From: Flavobacteriales bacterium
GTDB taxonomy: Bacteria > Bacteroidota > Bacteroidia > Flavobacteriales_D > CAJJDF01
Reading direction: 5' to 3'
Length of the DNA: 64,000 bases
Assembly: GCA_965655625.1 (NCBI GenBank)
Contig: CBFHHA010000002.1
Span: 33,655 to 97,654, forward strand
Shown: piece after piece, positions 38,081 through 48,015 of the stretch
Layout of the letters: the number at the start of each line of letters is the position of its first letter
How positions within the stretch are numbered: the stretch's first letter is position 1
Program-made: the position numbers and the translations under genes
Notes under the pieces: model-generated
Database searches by the model: none
What the model was told of the DNA's origin: nothing
What the model saw: the letters and a program-made list of their open reading frames with translations, nothing else

Positions 38081-38112
38081 AAAAGGTGGGCACGAAAGTG
38101 TCCACCTTTTTT
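38081..38112. terminator. Bidirectional rho-independent terminator
   Basis: AAAA-GGTGGGCAC-GAAA-GTGTCCACC-TTTTTT, lying between convergent genes. Confidence 0.75.
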
Positions 38113-39130
38113 ATTTCTTTATGTTTTTGATGAAATTATATTGAGTTCGATAGTAGTTCTTTAGCACAAGGAAAGGAATTCTGGCACCAATGATTTTTGA
38201 ACTATTTAAGATCTTTAGAAGTAGATCTCTTTTGACGGAAAACGCAACAGAATGTTTGCTGGCTTCTCTCTTGATTTTAGCTAAATCTCTGTGGAATATT
38301 GACAAAATATCTCTTTTTGGAATAACTTTTCTATCCATCCAAATCATCAAAAAAATATCGACCATGATGTTGAGTTGATAAACAAACGATAGGCGCAAAG
38401 TTTCTCTATCTTGGTGTGTCGATATAAGAGTTTCTAATTCTTCGAAATAGGAGGTCGTGCTATCCGAGATCCGTTTCGCAGTAAGAGTGCTTCTCGTGAT
38501 GGAATTTGGATTTGCATAATGGAGGTATAGGTTTCTTGATCCCACAAATACCTGTTTGGTTTTTAAGAATAGTTCCACCATAAATGGTTTGTCCTCGAAT
38601 ACAAAGCCAACTGAAAACTTTTGATTACTTAGTAAGTTGACAGAAAAAAGCTTTCCCCAAACAGACGGAATAATCTCATAGGAATACATGTTGAGTAAGG
38701 CTTCCTGTCCAGAAATTATTTGAGCACTTTCATTTTTCTTTTTTGTGATTTCTTCACCTTCCGTATTAAATACTTTGGTTCCAAAAACTGCAATGTCACA
38801 ATTAAACTCTATTAGTTTTTGAAGACACACCTCCACAAATTCCGGAGCTAATTGATCATCAGCATCCAGGAAAGCACAATAGTGTCCAGTCATTAATTCA
38901 AGCGCTTTGTTGCGGGCAAAGCCAACTCCCTTCTTGTTCCCTTTTGCTAATTTAATTTTGTTGGAATGAAAGGACTTAATGATTTCGACAGATCTATCTG
39001 TAGAGAAATCATCTACTAAAATAATTTCAATGTTCTTGTAGGTTTGATTCAAACAAGACTGAATAGCATTTTGGATAAATGCCTCTTCATTAAAAAAAGG
39101 AATAAGGATGGATACGTGTGGTTGTGTCAT
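38111..39130 (-). CDS. Family 2 glycosyltransferase
   Basis: VSILIPFFNEE...VDDFSTDRS and FLDADD (DxD) motifs. Confidence 0.85.
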   Translation of the reverse strand: MTQPHVSILIPFFNEEAFIQNAIQSCLNQTYKNIEIILVDDFSTDRSVEIIKSFHSNKIKLAKGNKKGVGFARNKALELMTGHYCAFLDADDQLAPEFVEVCLQKLIEFNCDIAVFGTKVFNTEGEEITKKKNESAQIISGQEALLNMYSYEIIPSVWGKLFSVNLLSNQKFSVGFVFEDKPFMVELFLKTKQVFVGSRNLYLHYANPNSITRSTLTAKRISDSTTSYFEELETLISTHQDRETLRLSFVYQLNIMVDIFLMIWMDRKVIPKRDILSIFHRDLAKIKREASKHSVAFSVKRDLLLKILNSSKIIGARIPFLVLKNYYRTQYNFIKNIKK

Positions 39131-39198
39131 GGGAGTAATCTACCGACAAGGTAAGCATTTTCTTTTTTTATAGGATTGTATTATCCTCGACAAAACAC

Positions 39199-39206
39199 TA
39201 TCTTTG
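39199..39206 (+). promoter_or_regulatory. Candidate -7 box (TAtcTTTG)
   Basis: Exact TAnnTTTG match 20 nt upstream of ATG 39226. Confidence 0.35.
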
Positions 39207-39225
39207 CCACCAAATTCAAAGCACT

Positions 39226-40287
39226 ATGGAGAAAATAATCAGTGGAATTCAACAGATGGGAATTGGAGTACCAGACGTAGAAAAAATGTTCGCTTGGTAC
39301 CGTGAAATGTTTGGTATGGATATTAAAGTTTTTGAAGAAGCGGCTGAAGCTCCTTTAATGACTGAGTACACCGGAGACAAGGTTCAGAGCAGAACAGCTA
39401 CGCTTGCTCTGAGTATGGAAAGTGGAGGAGGTTTCGAAATTTGGCAATATACCAGTCGAAACACAGAGAAAGCCGAATTTGATATCCAGTTAGGTGACTT
39501 AGGGATTTATAGCTGTAAAATAAAATCGAGAGACGTAAAAGCAACGTTCAATTTTTTAACCAAAAAAGGAGCAGAAATACTAGGAGATTTGACAAAGAAC
39601 CCGGCAGGCGAAGATAATTTTTTTGTGAAAGACCCAAACGGAAATATTTTTAATGTAATAGAAGGAAAAGAATTTTTTGTGGACACAAAACATCCAGCAA
39701 AAACTGGAGGAGTGGCAGGAGCTATTTTGGGTGTATCCAACATGGAAAAGTCTCTTGAGTTGTATCAAAAAGTATTGGGATATGAAACAATCGATTTTGA
39801 TGAAACGGCAGAGTTTGCTTGTTTCAAGGGATTGCCTTCTGGCGGTAAAACCTTCAGAAGAGTGCAATTGTCGCACAAGAAACCGAGAGTAGGAGCTTTT
39901 GCCCAATTACTAGGACCCACAACCATCGAATTGGTTCAGGAAATAGGAGGGAATCCAAGAAAGATTTTTGAAAATAGATTTTGGGGAGATTGGGGATTTA
40001 TTCATTTGTGTTTTGACGTTCAGCGAATGCACGCATTGAAAGAAGAATGCCAAAAGGCAGGATTTCCTTTCACAGTGGATAGTGATAATTCGTTTGACAT
40101 GGGAGAAGCAGCGGGAAGATTTTCGTACATCGAAGATCCAGATGGCGCGTTAATTGAGTTTGTAGAAACCCATAAAGTCCCTTTGATGAAAAAAATTGGG
40201 TGGTATATCAATCTAAAGAAAAGAAACCCAGAAAAAAGCTTGCCGACCTGGATGTTGAAAGCAATGAAAATGAGTCGTGTGAAGTAG
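39226..40287 (+). CDS. VOC-family (glyoxalase/dioxygenase-fold) protein
   Basis: Tandem beta-alpha-beta-beta-beta-like modules (GIQQMGIGVPDVEKMFAWY...; VAGAILGVSNMEKSLELYQKVLGY...), 353 aa. Confidence 0.55.
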   Translation: MEKIISGIQQMGIGVPDVEKMFAWYREMFGMDIKVFEEAAEAPLMTEYTGDKVQSRTATLALSMESGGGFEIWQYTSRNTEKAEFDIQLGDLGIYSCKIKSRDVKATFNFLTKKGAEILGDLTKNPAGEDNFFVKDPNGNIFNVIEGKEFFVDTKHPAKTGGVAGAILGVSNMEKSLELYQKVLGYETIDFDETAEFACFKGLPSGGKTFRRVQLSHKKPRVGAFAQLLGPTTIELVQEIGGNPRKIFENRFWGDWGFIHLCFDVQRMHALKEECQKAGFPFTVDSDNSFDMGEAAGRFSYIEDPDGALIEFVETHKVPLMKKIGWYINLKKRNPEKSLPTWMLKAMKMSRVK

Positions 40288-40458
40288 GCTTGAACAGAGA
40301 GCCAGGCCGTTTTTGTTGAAATACAAAATGAAAAGTGAGTTAGTTCGAGGAATTTTATAAAGAGGTATCGCTGCAAAAATATTTCGAGGACAGAACGAAA
40401 ATTAAAGTTAAAATCAATTTATCCCAATCATCTTGGGAACCTATAAAAGACAAAAAAC

Positions 40459-41970
40459 ATGTCAGAAAAAGTAAGAGTAAGATTTGCGCCAAGTCCAACA
40501 GGGCCATTGCATATTGGAGGAGTAAGAACAGCGTTGTTCAATTATTTATTTGCCAAGAAACACGGAGGTGATTTTATCTTGAGAATAGAAGATACGGATC
40601 AAAAGAGATTTGTAGAAGGTGCCGAAGAGTATGTGATAGAGTCGCTCAAGTGGGCAGGAATCCCTCACAATGAAGGTCAAGGTGTAGGCGGAGAATTCGG
40701 TCCTTACAAGCAAAGTGAAAGAATGCACTTGTACAAAGAGTATGCAGATTTTTTGTTGGAGAACGACAAGGCATATTATGCATTTGACACCTCAGAAGAA
40801 TTGACCGAAGCTAGAGAAAGCAGTCAAAAAGAAGGGAAAACTTTCGCGTATGATGCAATTACGAGGCAATATTTGAAAAACTCAACAAGTTTGTCTGCAG
40901 ACGAAGTAGCCCAGCGAATAGAGAGTGGGGAACCGTATGTTATTCGAATGAAATTACCAAGAAACGAAGAGGTGCGATTTCATGATGAAATTAGAGGATG
41001 GGTAGTAGTAAACACGGCCAACATGGATGATAAAGTTCTCTATAAATCTGATGGATTGCCAACTTACCACTTAGCCAATATTGTAGATGATCATTTGATG
41101 CAAATTACGCACGTGATTAGAGGAGAAGAGTGGTTGCCAAGTGCACCACTTCATGTTTTGTTATACAAGTATCTTGGTTGGGAGGATACCATGCCAAAGT
41201 TTGCTCATTTACCTCTTATCTTAAAGCCAGACGGAAAAGGTAAATTAAGCAAAAGAGATGGCGTGAAAGGAGGATTTCCAGTGTTTCCTCTTGAGTGGAA
41301 AGATCCCGCTAGTGGAGAAATTTCTGCTGGGTATCGAGAAGACGGATATTTCAAAGAAGCATTTGTTAATATGCTCGCTTTCTTGGGTTGGAATCCGGGA
41401 ACTGAGCAAGAATTATTTAGTTTGGAAGAGTTGATTCAAGCTTTTTCTTTGGAAAGAGTAGGGAAATCAGGAGCGAAATTTGACCCTGTAAAAACGAAGT
41501 GGTACAACGAACAGTTTTTGAGGATGAAATCCAATGAGGAATTGGCAGTACTGCTGAAACCGATACTAAGTTTTAAAGTGGAAGATGACTACTTGGTAAA
41601 AGTAACAGAACTGTTAAAGGAAAGAGCTGTATTTGTAGCCGACATGACTGAAGATGACTTTTATTTTCAACCCCCAACTACTTTTGATGAAAAGACAATA
41701 AAGAAAAAGTGGAAAGAAGGAACTCCTGCAATTATTGAAGCAATGATTGAGAAATTTGATAAAATTCAAGAGTTCTCGACTGAAAACGTGGAGACTGCAT
41801 TCAAAACTTATCTTTCTGAAAATGAACTTGGGATGGGAGCTGTGTTGCCGAACTTCAGAGTGCTAGTAACGGGGAAAGGAATGGGACCTTCTATGTTTCA
41901 AATTGCCGCAATCCTTGGTAAGGAAGAAACACTAAACAGACTGAAACAAGGTCTAGAAAAGATGAAATAA
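40459..41970 (+). CDS. gltX: Glutamate--tRNA ligase
   Basis: RFAPSPTGPLHIGGVRTAL (HIGH) and GKLSKRDG (KMSKS-like), 503 aa. Confidence 0.93.
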   Translation: MSEKVRVRFAPSPTGPLHIGGVRTALFNYLFAKKHGGDFILRIEDTDQKRFVEGAEEYVIESLKWAGIPHNEGQGVGGEFGPYKQSERMHLYKEYADFLLENDKAYYAFDTSEELTEARESSQKEGKTFAYDAITRQYLKNSTSLSADEVAQRIESGEPYVIRMKLPRNEEVRFHDEIRGWVVVNTANMDDKVLYKSDGLPTYHLANIVDDHLMQITHVIRGEEWLPSAPLHVLLYKYLGWEDTMPKFAHLPLILKPDGKGKLSKRDGVKGGFPVFPLEWKDPASGEISAGYREDGYFKEAFVNMLAFLGWNPGTEQELFSLEELIQAFSLERVGKSGAKFDPVKTKWYNEQFLRMKSNEELAVLLKPILSFKVEDDYLVKVTELLKERAVFVADMTEDDFYFQPPTTFDEKTIKKKWKEGTPAIIEAMIEKFDKIQEFSTENVETAFKTYLSENELGMGAVLPNFRVLVTGKGMGPSMFQIAAILGKEETLNRLKQGLEKMK

Positions 41971-42075
41971 TTAAGATGTTTTTTTCATTTGTTAAAATTT
42001 AATAACTTTCATTAAAAGGCAGCAATATTTTATTTTTTTTGACGTAATTATAAGTGTAATCAAAAAAATAAAGTC

Positions 42076-42258
42076 ATGTTAGAATTTTGTAAAACTGTTC
42101 TAGGTAAAATAAGTTTCGACAAGTATTTATTTAAAAAAGAATTGCAAAAAGCCAAAAGATGGCTAAAACCAAAGGATGCTTTGATTCTCAAAGTATGGTG
42201 TTTGGCCCAGTTCGGTCATTTATACAAAGACGTTATCCTAGAAGTATTTGAATCATAA
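42076..42258 (+). CDS. Small hypothetical protein (60 aa)
   Basis: ATG ORF followed within 17 nt by a strong bidirectional terminator. Confidence 0.4.
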   Translation: MLEFCKTVLGKISFDKYLFKKELQKAKRWLKPKDALILKVWCLAQFGHLYKDVILEVFES

Positions 42259-42274
42259 TAAACTTACAAGACAA

Positions 42275-42309
42275 TAAAAAAGCCGATTGGAACCCAATCG
42301 GCTTTTTTT
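42275..42309. terminator. Bidirectional rho-independent terminator
   Basis: A6-AGCCGATTGG-aac-CCAATCGGCT-T7, lying between convergent genes. Confidence 0.8.
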
Positions 42310-42326
42310 GTTGCTTAAAAAACTTG

Positions 42327-44387
42327 TTATTGAATGATGAGTTTTTCTATTTTTCTATTTCCGTCCAGCTCCACCGATAAGAAATAAACGCCAGGCGATA
42401 AATTTCCTTTTTCAACCACCATTGTGTGCTCACCTTGGCTAAGTGGTGCCTTGTTCGATATGTTTTGAATAGTTTGACCTAATGTGTTCAATAACTGAAC
42501 ATTCACTTTACTTTCTTTGCTTAGACTAAGCGCTATGGTTGCTCGATCGTTCATCGGATTTGGATAGAGACTAAGATTAGTCAACCCCTCTATTTCTTCC
42601 ATTCCTACTGTGTTGTTGATATTAATGTCATCAATAAAAAAGTTGTTACCATTCCCGTTAATTACTTTTATCTTAAACCTGAAATTCGAAGTGAAAAATG
42701 AATTATTTATTGAAATGTTTTGAGTTCCCCATTGATTGGAAGCGGGAAAAAACTCTGAGTTGGTAGAAGCAGCAGTTGGGTTTAATCCTCTCGCTATTAC
42801 CCAACTGGCTCCGCAATTATTTGAAATCAAGAATTGAACGGACTCACCGGTCGTTGTAGTTTTTCTAGCGTACGCGTATTTAAATGAAATATTCACAGCG
42901 GTATTGCCGGTCAAGTTAAGTGATGGGCTGATAATCTCACTTTCTAATCCATCGCTGATTGAATAATTTCTTAGCATAGCACTATTGGAACCACTAAAAT
43001 TAGCTGAATTCAATGACCAAGAATTCGTATCAATAGCTATTGTTTCCCAGCTATCCTCAAATTGCTTGATAGTTCCTTCAAAACCCTCTGAATAGGGCAA
43101 CGCTAATCCCCAATCTGGTAAAACTCTCATGTACTGAGTTTTCGAAACAGTTTTAGTTCCACTAGCGTTAGTCACTGTTAAAGAAACATTGTGCCTGCCC
43201 GGGCTGTTGTATGTGACAACCGGGTTTTCTAAATTAGAGGAAGAAGGTGTTCCGCCAGGGAAACTCCAGGACCAGCTAGTTGGATTGTGGTAAGAGTTAT
43301 CATAAAATTGGATGGGTGTGTTTTGACATACAGATTCATTTTCTGCTTCAAAGTCAGCGCTACAAATAATGTCATCGAATATGCCTGTTGCCGAATGATT
43401 TCCTGCCGTTATCAAATTGTTTCTTCCACCAATTACCGAGGTTGCAGCCGCCCGCATTCTTGTTCTTTGTCCATTTGTAAACATTTTAGAGCAATAAGAG
43501 TATTCCATAATGTTTTCTACGTTGTCAAGAGTTCCGCAAGAAACTCCTGCTGTGTTACAAAAAGTCCAGCCAATGCTGTTTGGCGTATCTGATATCCCAT
43601 CATCTCCTGAGCAGTTCGATGCTAGGCCAGGGTTGTTCGAATTTCCCCAAAGGTGAGCTAAATTAAGCCAATGTCCTGCTTCGTGAGCAAGCGTTGTGTT
43701 GTATCCCGTTTGTGAAGAAGTTCCTATGTTTCCTACGTATGTGTGTAACACATGTATTCCATTTCTCATATCGGAATAAAAAGGAGGGCCAGGTCGGTAT
43801 GTATAACCGGCCGCACCTCCAATATCCTTGGCAATATAAATATTCATGTATTTGTTTCCTGGAAAATCTCCGTGCGCTAATTTTACCGCATTGGCTGCCG
43901 CATTGCCACCTGTGTTGGTTGCAGAAGAGTAAGTTCTTGTAATTCCGCTAAAGCAGGTTCCGTCATTTTTCTTTTGTGCTAAACGAAACTCTATTTCTAC
44001 ATCGGCAGAAATACCTTGAAAAGCAGGGTTGACTGCAGTTACGTTTGCATTCCTTTTTCTGTAAGAATCATTTAGATCGTTTAAGTCACTTTTTATTTGT
44101 GCATCAGAAATATTTTCAACTCCTCCTTCGTGCAGAATATGATACACAACAGGAATGTAGTAAATTGTTCCAGACCTATTTGAGCTTTCTTTGTAGGCAG
44201 CTAAATGGGCGTTTTGAATTTGTTCCACAGAATCTACTTCTCTTGCAAATTTTGAATCCGTTTGAATTCTTTGGTATAAATCGTGGTCATGAGCACAAAA
44301 TTTATCTCTATCTACGCTTCCTTGAGACAAAGCTAAACCAGCCCCAAGTATAAAAGCAAAAGTTGTTTGTAATCTGTTTATAATCAT
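42327..44387 (-). CDS. Secreted zinc metalloprotease (M43/pappalysin-cytophagalysin-like) with PKD-like and beta-sandwich domains and a T9SS C-terminal sorting domain
   Basis: HEAGHWLNLAHLWG zinc motif, PKD-like FPGGTPSSS...PGRHNVSLTVTNASG, and the C-terminus LSLYPNPMNDRATIAL...GVYFLSVELDGNRKIEKLIIQ (Por_Secre_tail type). Confidence 0.75.
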   Translation of the reverse strand: MIINRLQTTFAFILGAGLALSQGSVDRDKFCAHDHDLYQRIQTDSKFAREVDSVEQIQNAHLAAYKESSNRSGTIYYIPVVYHILHEGGVENISDAQIKSDLNDLNDSYRKRNANVTAVNPAFQGISADVEIEFRLAQKKNDGTCFSGITRTYSSATNTGGNAAANAVKLAHGDFPGNKYMNIYIAKDIGGAAGYTYRPGPPFYSDMRNGIHVLHTYVGNIGTSSQTGYNTTLAHEAGHWLNLAHLWGNSNNPGLASNCSGDDGISDTPNSIGWTFCNTAGVSCGTLDNVENIMEYSYCSKMFTNGQRTRMRAAATSVIGGRNNLITAGNHSATGIFDDIICSADFEAENESVCQNTPIQFYDNSYHNPTSWSWSFPGGTPSSSNLENPVVTYNSPGRHNVSLTVTNASGTKTVSKTQYMRVLPDWGLALPYSEGFEGTIKQFEDSWETIAIDTNSWSLNSANFSGSNSAMLRNYSISDGLESEIISPSLNLTGNTAVNISFKYAYARKTTTTGESVQFLISNNCGASWVIARGLNPTAASTNSEFFPASNQWGTQNISINNSFFTSNFRFKIKVINGNGNNFFIDDININNTVGMEEIEGLTNLSLYPNPMNDRATIALSLSKESKVNVQLLNTLGQTIQNISNKAPLSQGEHTMVVEKGNLSPGVYFLSVELDGNRKIEKLIIQ

Positions 44388-44571
44388 TATTTTGTTTTAA
44401 AAAAGTCTTGGTTTCATTACCGCGACAACCGTAAATGTAAGGATTAAAATAGTTAAATTCCAACGTTTGTTTCTTAAATTTATCCATATCTGAGTTTAGG
44501 AATGTATAGAAAATACGTTAATTAATACCAAAATCAATCCGCTTTCTCTCTATTAATAAATAAGAATTGTG

Positions 44572-44579
44572 TACATTTG
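44572..44579 (+). promoter_or_regulatory. Candidate -7 box (TAcaTTTG)
   Basis: Exact TAnnTTTG match 29 nt upstream of ATG 44608. It lies inside the 5' extension proposed by the ORF track (44569), which supports the shorter gene model. Confidence 0.4.
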
Positions 44580-44607
44580 CAGTTCGAAAAACATCACGTT
44601 AAAAGAT

Positions 44608-45393
44608 ATGGCAAAAAAAATTCAAACAGTTGAAGATAAATTAAGAGGTATTTATACACTTCAATTAATCGACTCGAATATTGATAAAATCAGAACAATT
44701 AGAGGTGAATTACCTTTGGAAGTTCAGGATTTGGAAGATGAAATAGCGGGACTTACTACAAGAAAAGAGAACATTGAGGCTGAGATTTCTGAGTTGGACA
44801 CCAAAGTATCTGACAGGAAGAACATGATGGTAGATGCGAATGAAATTATTCAAAAATACAAAGAGCAGCAGGGAAATGTTAGAAATAACAGAGAGTTTGA
44901 TTCGCTTTCGAAAGAAATTGAATTCCAAGAATTAGAGATTCAATTGTGCGAAAAGAAAATCAAAGAGTTTAAATTCAAATCTGAAAGTAAGAAAGAAGTA
45001 CTAGAGGAGGCAACAGCAAGAGTTCAAGAGAAGCAAGATTTACTGGATCAAAAGAACAAAGAGCTGAATGAAATTATTTCTGAAACAGAAAGTGAGGAGG
45101 CTATTTTGACAGAGAGATCTGAAAAAGAAGCAAAAAAGATTGACGAAAGATTGTTGAGAGCTTACAAAAGAATAAGAGGAGGAGCAAAGAATGGATTAGC
45201 GGTTGTGCCTGTGGAAAGAGGTGCATCGGGTGGTTCATTTATCAGCATCCCACCGCAAAGGCAAATTGAAATTGCTTCAAGAAAAAAAATCATTTACGAT
45301 GAGCACAGTGGAAGAATCTTAATAGACGCTGAAATGGCGGAGGAGTTGAATGAAGAAGTAACAAAAATGATTGGAAAATTATTGAAGAAATAA
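44608..45393 (+). CDS. COG1579-like coiled-coil protein with a C-terminal zinc-ribbon-type region lacking all four Cys
   Basis: A long coiled coil is followed by LLRAYKRIRGGAKNGLAVVPVERGASGGSFISIPPQRQ...IIYDEHSGRILI. The family pattern I recall has Cys at the four S/S/D/S positions. Confidence 0.6.
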   Translation: MAKKIQTVEDKLRGIYTLQLIDSNIDKIRTIRGELPLEVQDLEDEIAGLTTRKENIEAEISELDTKVSDRKNMMVDANEIIQKYKEQQGNVRNNREFDSLSKEIEFQELEIQLCEKKIKEFKFKSESKKEVLEEATARVQEKQDLLDQKNKELNEIISETESEEAILTERSEKEAKKIDERLLRAYKRIRGGAKNGLAVVPVERGASGGSFISIPPQRQIEIASRKKIIYDEHSGRILIDAEMAEELNEEVTKMIGKLLKK

Positions 45394-45416
45394 TACAGGT
45401 TATGAAACGGTTAAGG

Positions 45417-45451
45417 AATGGCTAGCTTTGTAAAAGGTTAGCCATTTTTTT
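45417..45451 (+). terminator. Rho-independent terminator
   Basis: AATGGCTA-(14 nt)-TAGCCATT followed by a T-run. Confidence 0.7.
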
Positions 45452-45473
45452 ATTAATTTTATAAAAAAGAATT

Positions 45474-48014
45474 TTGGGAGAAAAACTTGCACAATTTATA
45501 CTAAATTTTAGAATTAAAATCTTATTGGTTTTAACTTTAATCACTTCATTTTTTGGTTACTATGCCACAACAGTAGAGCTCGATTATGAAATGCCAAAGC
45601 TGCTTCCCCAAGACCATCCAGACTATGTGGCTTACGAAGAGTTTAAGGAGATGTTTGGGAATGATGGGTTTAATATTCTGATAGGTGTACAAGATCCTGA
45701 ATTTTATTCGGTTGAGAAATTTAATAAATGGAAAGAATTAGGAAATGAACTTTCGCGAGTTCAGGGGATAGACTCTTCCTTTTCAGAAGCCAATTTTTAC
45801 ACGATTGAGAAGCCGGATAGCACTGCCCCATTTACCATAGTTCCTATTTCGCCCAATAAAATTGAAAGCCTGGCGGAATTAGAGGTTATCAAGAAGAAAA
45901 TCAGAACTTTACCTTTTTACAAAGGAACGGTCTTTAATGACAAAGAGAATTTTCACGCCATGATGCTCATGGTAAATTCAGAATTCTTTAACTCCAAAGA
46001 GAGAGGCAGATTTGTTGAGGAGATCAGAACAATTGGATCGAAATTCGAAAATGAGTTTCAAGGAGAATTTTATTACACCGGTTTGCCGTTTATTAGGGCA
46101 ACAAATATGTTGAAAATTAGATCTGAGTTAGCCAAGTTCATGATGCTTTCACTACTTGCCACAGTCCTTGTTCTCTTTTTCTTCTTTCGTTCAGTAAGGG
46201 TGGTTGCAATCTCAGTACTTATTGTGTTGATTGGTGTTACCTGGACAATGGGAATTGTGGGGATTTATGGGTATAAACTTACTGTTATTATGGGGTTGCT
46301 ACCTCCTCTAATTATCGTAATTGGGATTCCCAATTGTGTATACCTTATCAATAAATATCAGCAACTTTATTTAGACTCTCAGGACAAAGAATATGCATTG
46401 AAAAATGTAATTAAAAAAATTGGCCACATCACCTTTCTGACGAATGTTACGACTGCATTTGGTTTTGGAACTTTTATTTTTACCAATAGTATGTTGTTAT
46501 TCGAATTCGGTTCTGTTGCATTTTTTAGTATCATTTTGCTGTTTCTTCTTACTACTGTTCTTATTCCTATCTTATTTAGTTTCCTGAATCCGCCAAAAAA
46601 AAGGCACATGAAGCACCTAGAGAAGAACTGGATAGGAAAGCTCCTATCTATTTTGAGACATACCGTGAGACACAAAAAGAAATTGGTATTTAGGGTAGCG
46701 GCAATTGTTGTGATCATTTGTGTTTATGGAATAACTTTCTTGAAACCTTCGGGTAAAATGGTAGATGATTTGCCAAATGGAGATAAAGTGAAAACGGATT
46801 TAGTCATGTTTCAAGATCACTTGGCGGGAACAATGCCTTTTGAGATTGTATTGGATGTAAAGAACAAAAGAAATCGATTTAGAAGAAACGTACTAGAAAA
46901 AATAGATAGTGTTCAACGCTATTTAGAATCCTATCCGGTAGTATCGCGAACAACCTCGCTTGTAGATGCGCTTAAATTCGTAAATCAATCCGTAATTTAC
47001 AAAGGAGCACCAAGCGATTACCAAATTCCTGAGACCAAGTATTTGAGAAAAATAGCCAGAAAACTAGAAGAAGATACCATCACAACTGTAGGGATTTCGC
47101 TCAATATGTTTATGGATTCTTCGGGTACAAAAACCAGAATTACTTCCCAAATTTATGACATGGGGGTAGATAAACTAGATAGCTTAATCGAGAAGGTGAA
47201 ACCAGAAGTTGATGAAATATTAAACCCCGATAAAAAAGAAATCTCTAGGATATTGGCAAAAATTGAATCGACTGAAAAAGAAGAAAGCGAGGCTTACCTA
47301 GATTCGTTATTGGCTGAATTTCCATATATTGAGTTTGCCTACCTTGCTCATCTGAGAGAAATCAATTCCAATAAATACGATGAGTACGATATGAATGGAC
47401 TGAACTACCAGGAAATCGTATCAACCGATTTGAAGGGGCTGAATGCAGCGATTGATTATACTTATATCGGCAATCAAGTGACCGGATTTACCGTTCCATT
47501 TGCCAAAGGAACCAAGTATTTAATTATTAACTTACTCATTAGTTTGATGTTTGCGATTATCGGAATAGCGCTACTTATGGCTTTCCTCTTCCGCTCTTTT
47601 TGGATTGTATTAATTTCAATTATTTCCAATATTATCCCACTCCTGTTTACTGCCGGCCTCATGGGATACTTTGGCGTAGACCTAAAACCATCCACTATTT
47701 TGGTGTTTAGTATATCCTTGGGTATTGCAGTAGATGATGCAATCCATTTTTTAGCCAAGTTTAAGCAAGAGCTAAAATTACATAACAAGGATATAGGTGT
47801 GGCAGTTTACAACGCCTTGCGCGAAACGGGCGTCAGTATGTTTTACACCTCCATTATTTTGTTTTTTGGCTTCTCCATCTTCATTGCTTCCAGTTATGGA
47901 GGCACACAAGCATTAGGGATTTTGGTTTCAATTACCCTGTTAGTAGCTATGTTGTGTAACTTAGTTTTACTTCCATCCTTATTGCTCAGATTCAAAAATC
48001 GAATAGAACGTTAA
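45474..48014 (+). CDS. MMPL/RND-superfamily membrane transporter
   Basis: 846 aa with two 5-6-TM bundles, each preceded by a large soluble loop, and a GxxxD-type motif (SLGIAVDDAIHF). The TTG start is inferred. Confidence 0.7.
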   Translation: MGEKLAQFILNFRIKILLVLTLITSFFGYYATTVELDYEMPKLLPQDHPDYVAYEEFKEMFGNDGFNILIGVQDPEFYSVEKFNKWKELGNELSRVQGIDSSFSEANFYTIEKPDSTAPFTIVPISPNKIESLAELEVIKKKIRTLPFYKGTVFNDKENFHAMMLMVNSEFFNSKERGRFVEEIRTIGSKFENEFQGEFYYTGLPFIRATNMLKIRSELAKFMMLSLLATVLVLFFFFRSVRVVAISVLIVLIGVTWTMGIVGIYGYKLTVIMGLLPPLIIVIGIPNCVYLINKYQQLYLDSQDKEYALKNVIKKIGHITFLTNVTTAFGFGTFIFTNSMLLFEFGSVAFFSIILLFLLTTVLIPILFSFLNPPKKRHMKHLEKNWIGKLLSILRHTVRHKKKLVFRVAAIVVIICVYGITFLKPSGKMVDDLPNGDKVKTDLVMFQDHLAGTMPFEIVLDVKNKRNRFRRNVLEKIDSVQRYLESYPVVSRTTSLVDALKFVNQSVIYKGAPSDYQIPETKYLRKIARKLEEDTITTVGISLNMFMDSSGTKTRITSQIYDMGVDKLDSLIEKVKPEVDEILNPDKKEISRILAKIESTEKEESEAYLDSLLAEFPYIEFAYLAHLREINSNKYDEYDMNGLNYQEIVSTDLKGLNAAIDYTYIGNQVTGFTVPFAKGTKYLIINLLISLMFAIIGIALLMAFLFRSFWIVLISIISNIIPLLFTAGLMGYFGVDLKPSTILVFSISLGIAVDDAIHFLAKFKQELKLHNKDIGVAVYNALRETGVSMFYTSIILFFGFSIFIASSYGGTQALGILVSITLLVAMLCNLVLLPSLLLRFKNRIER

Positions 48015-48015
48015 T

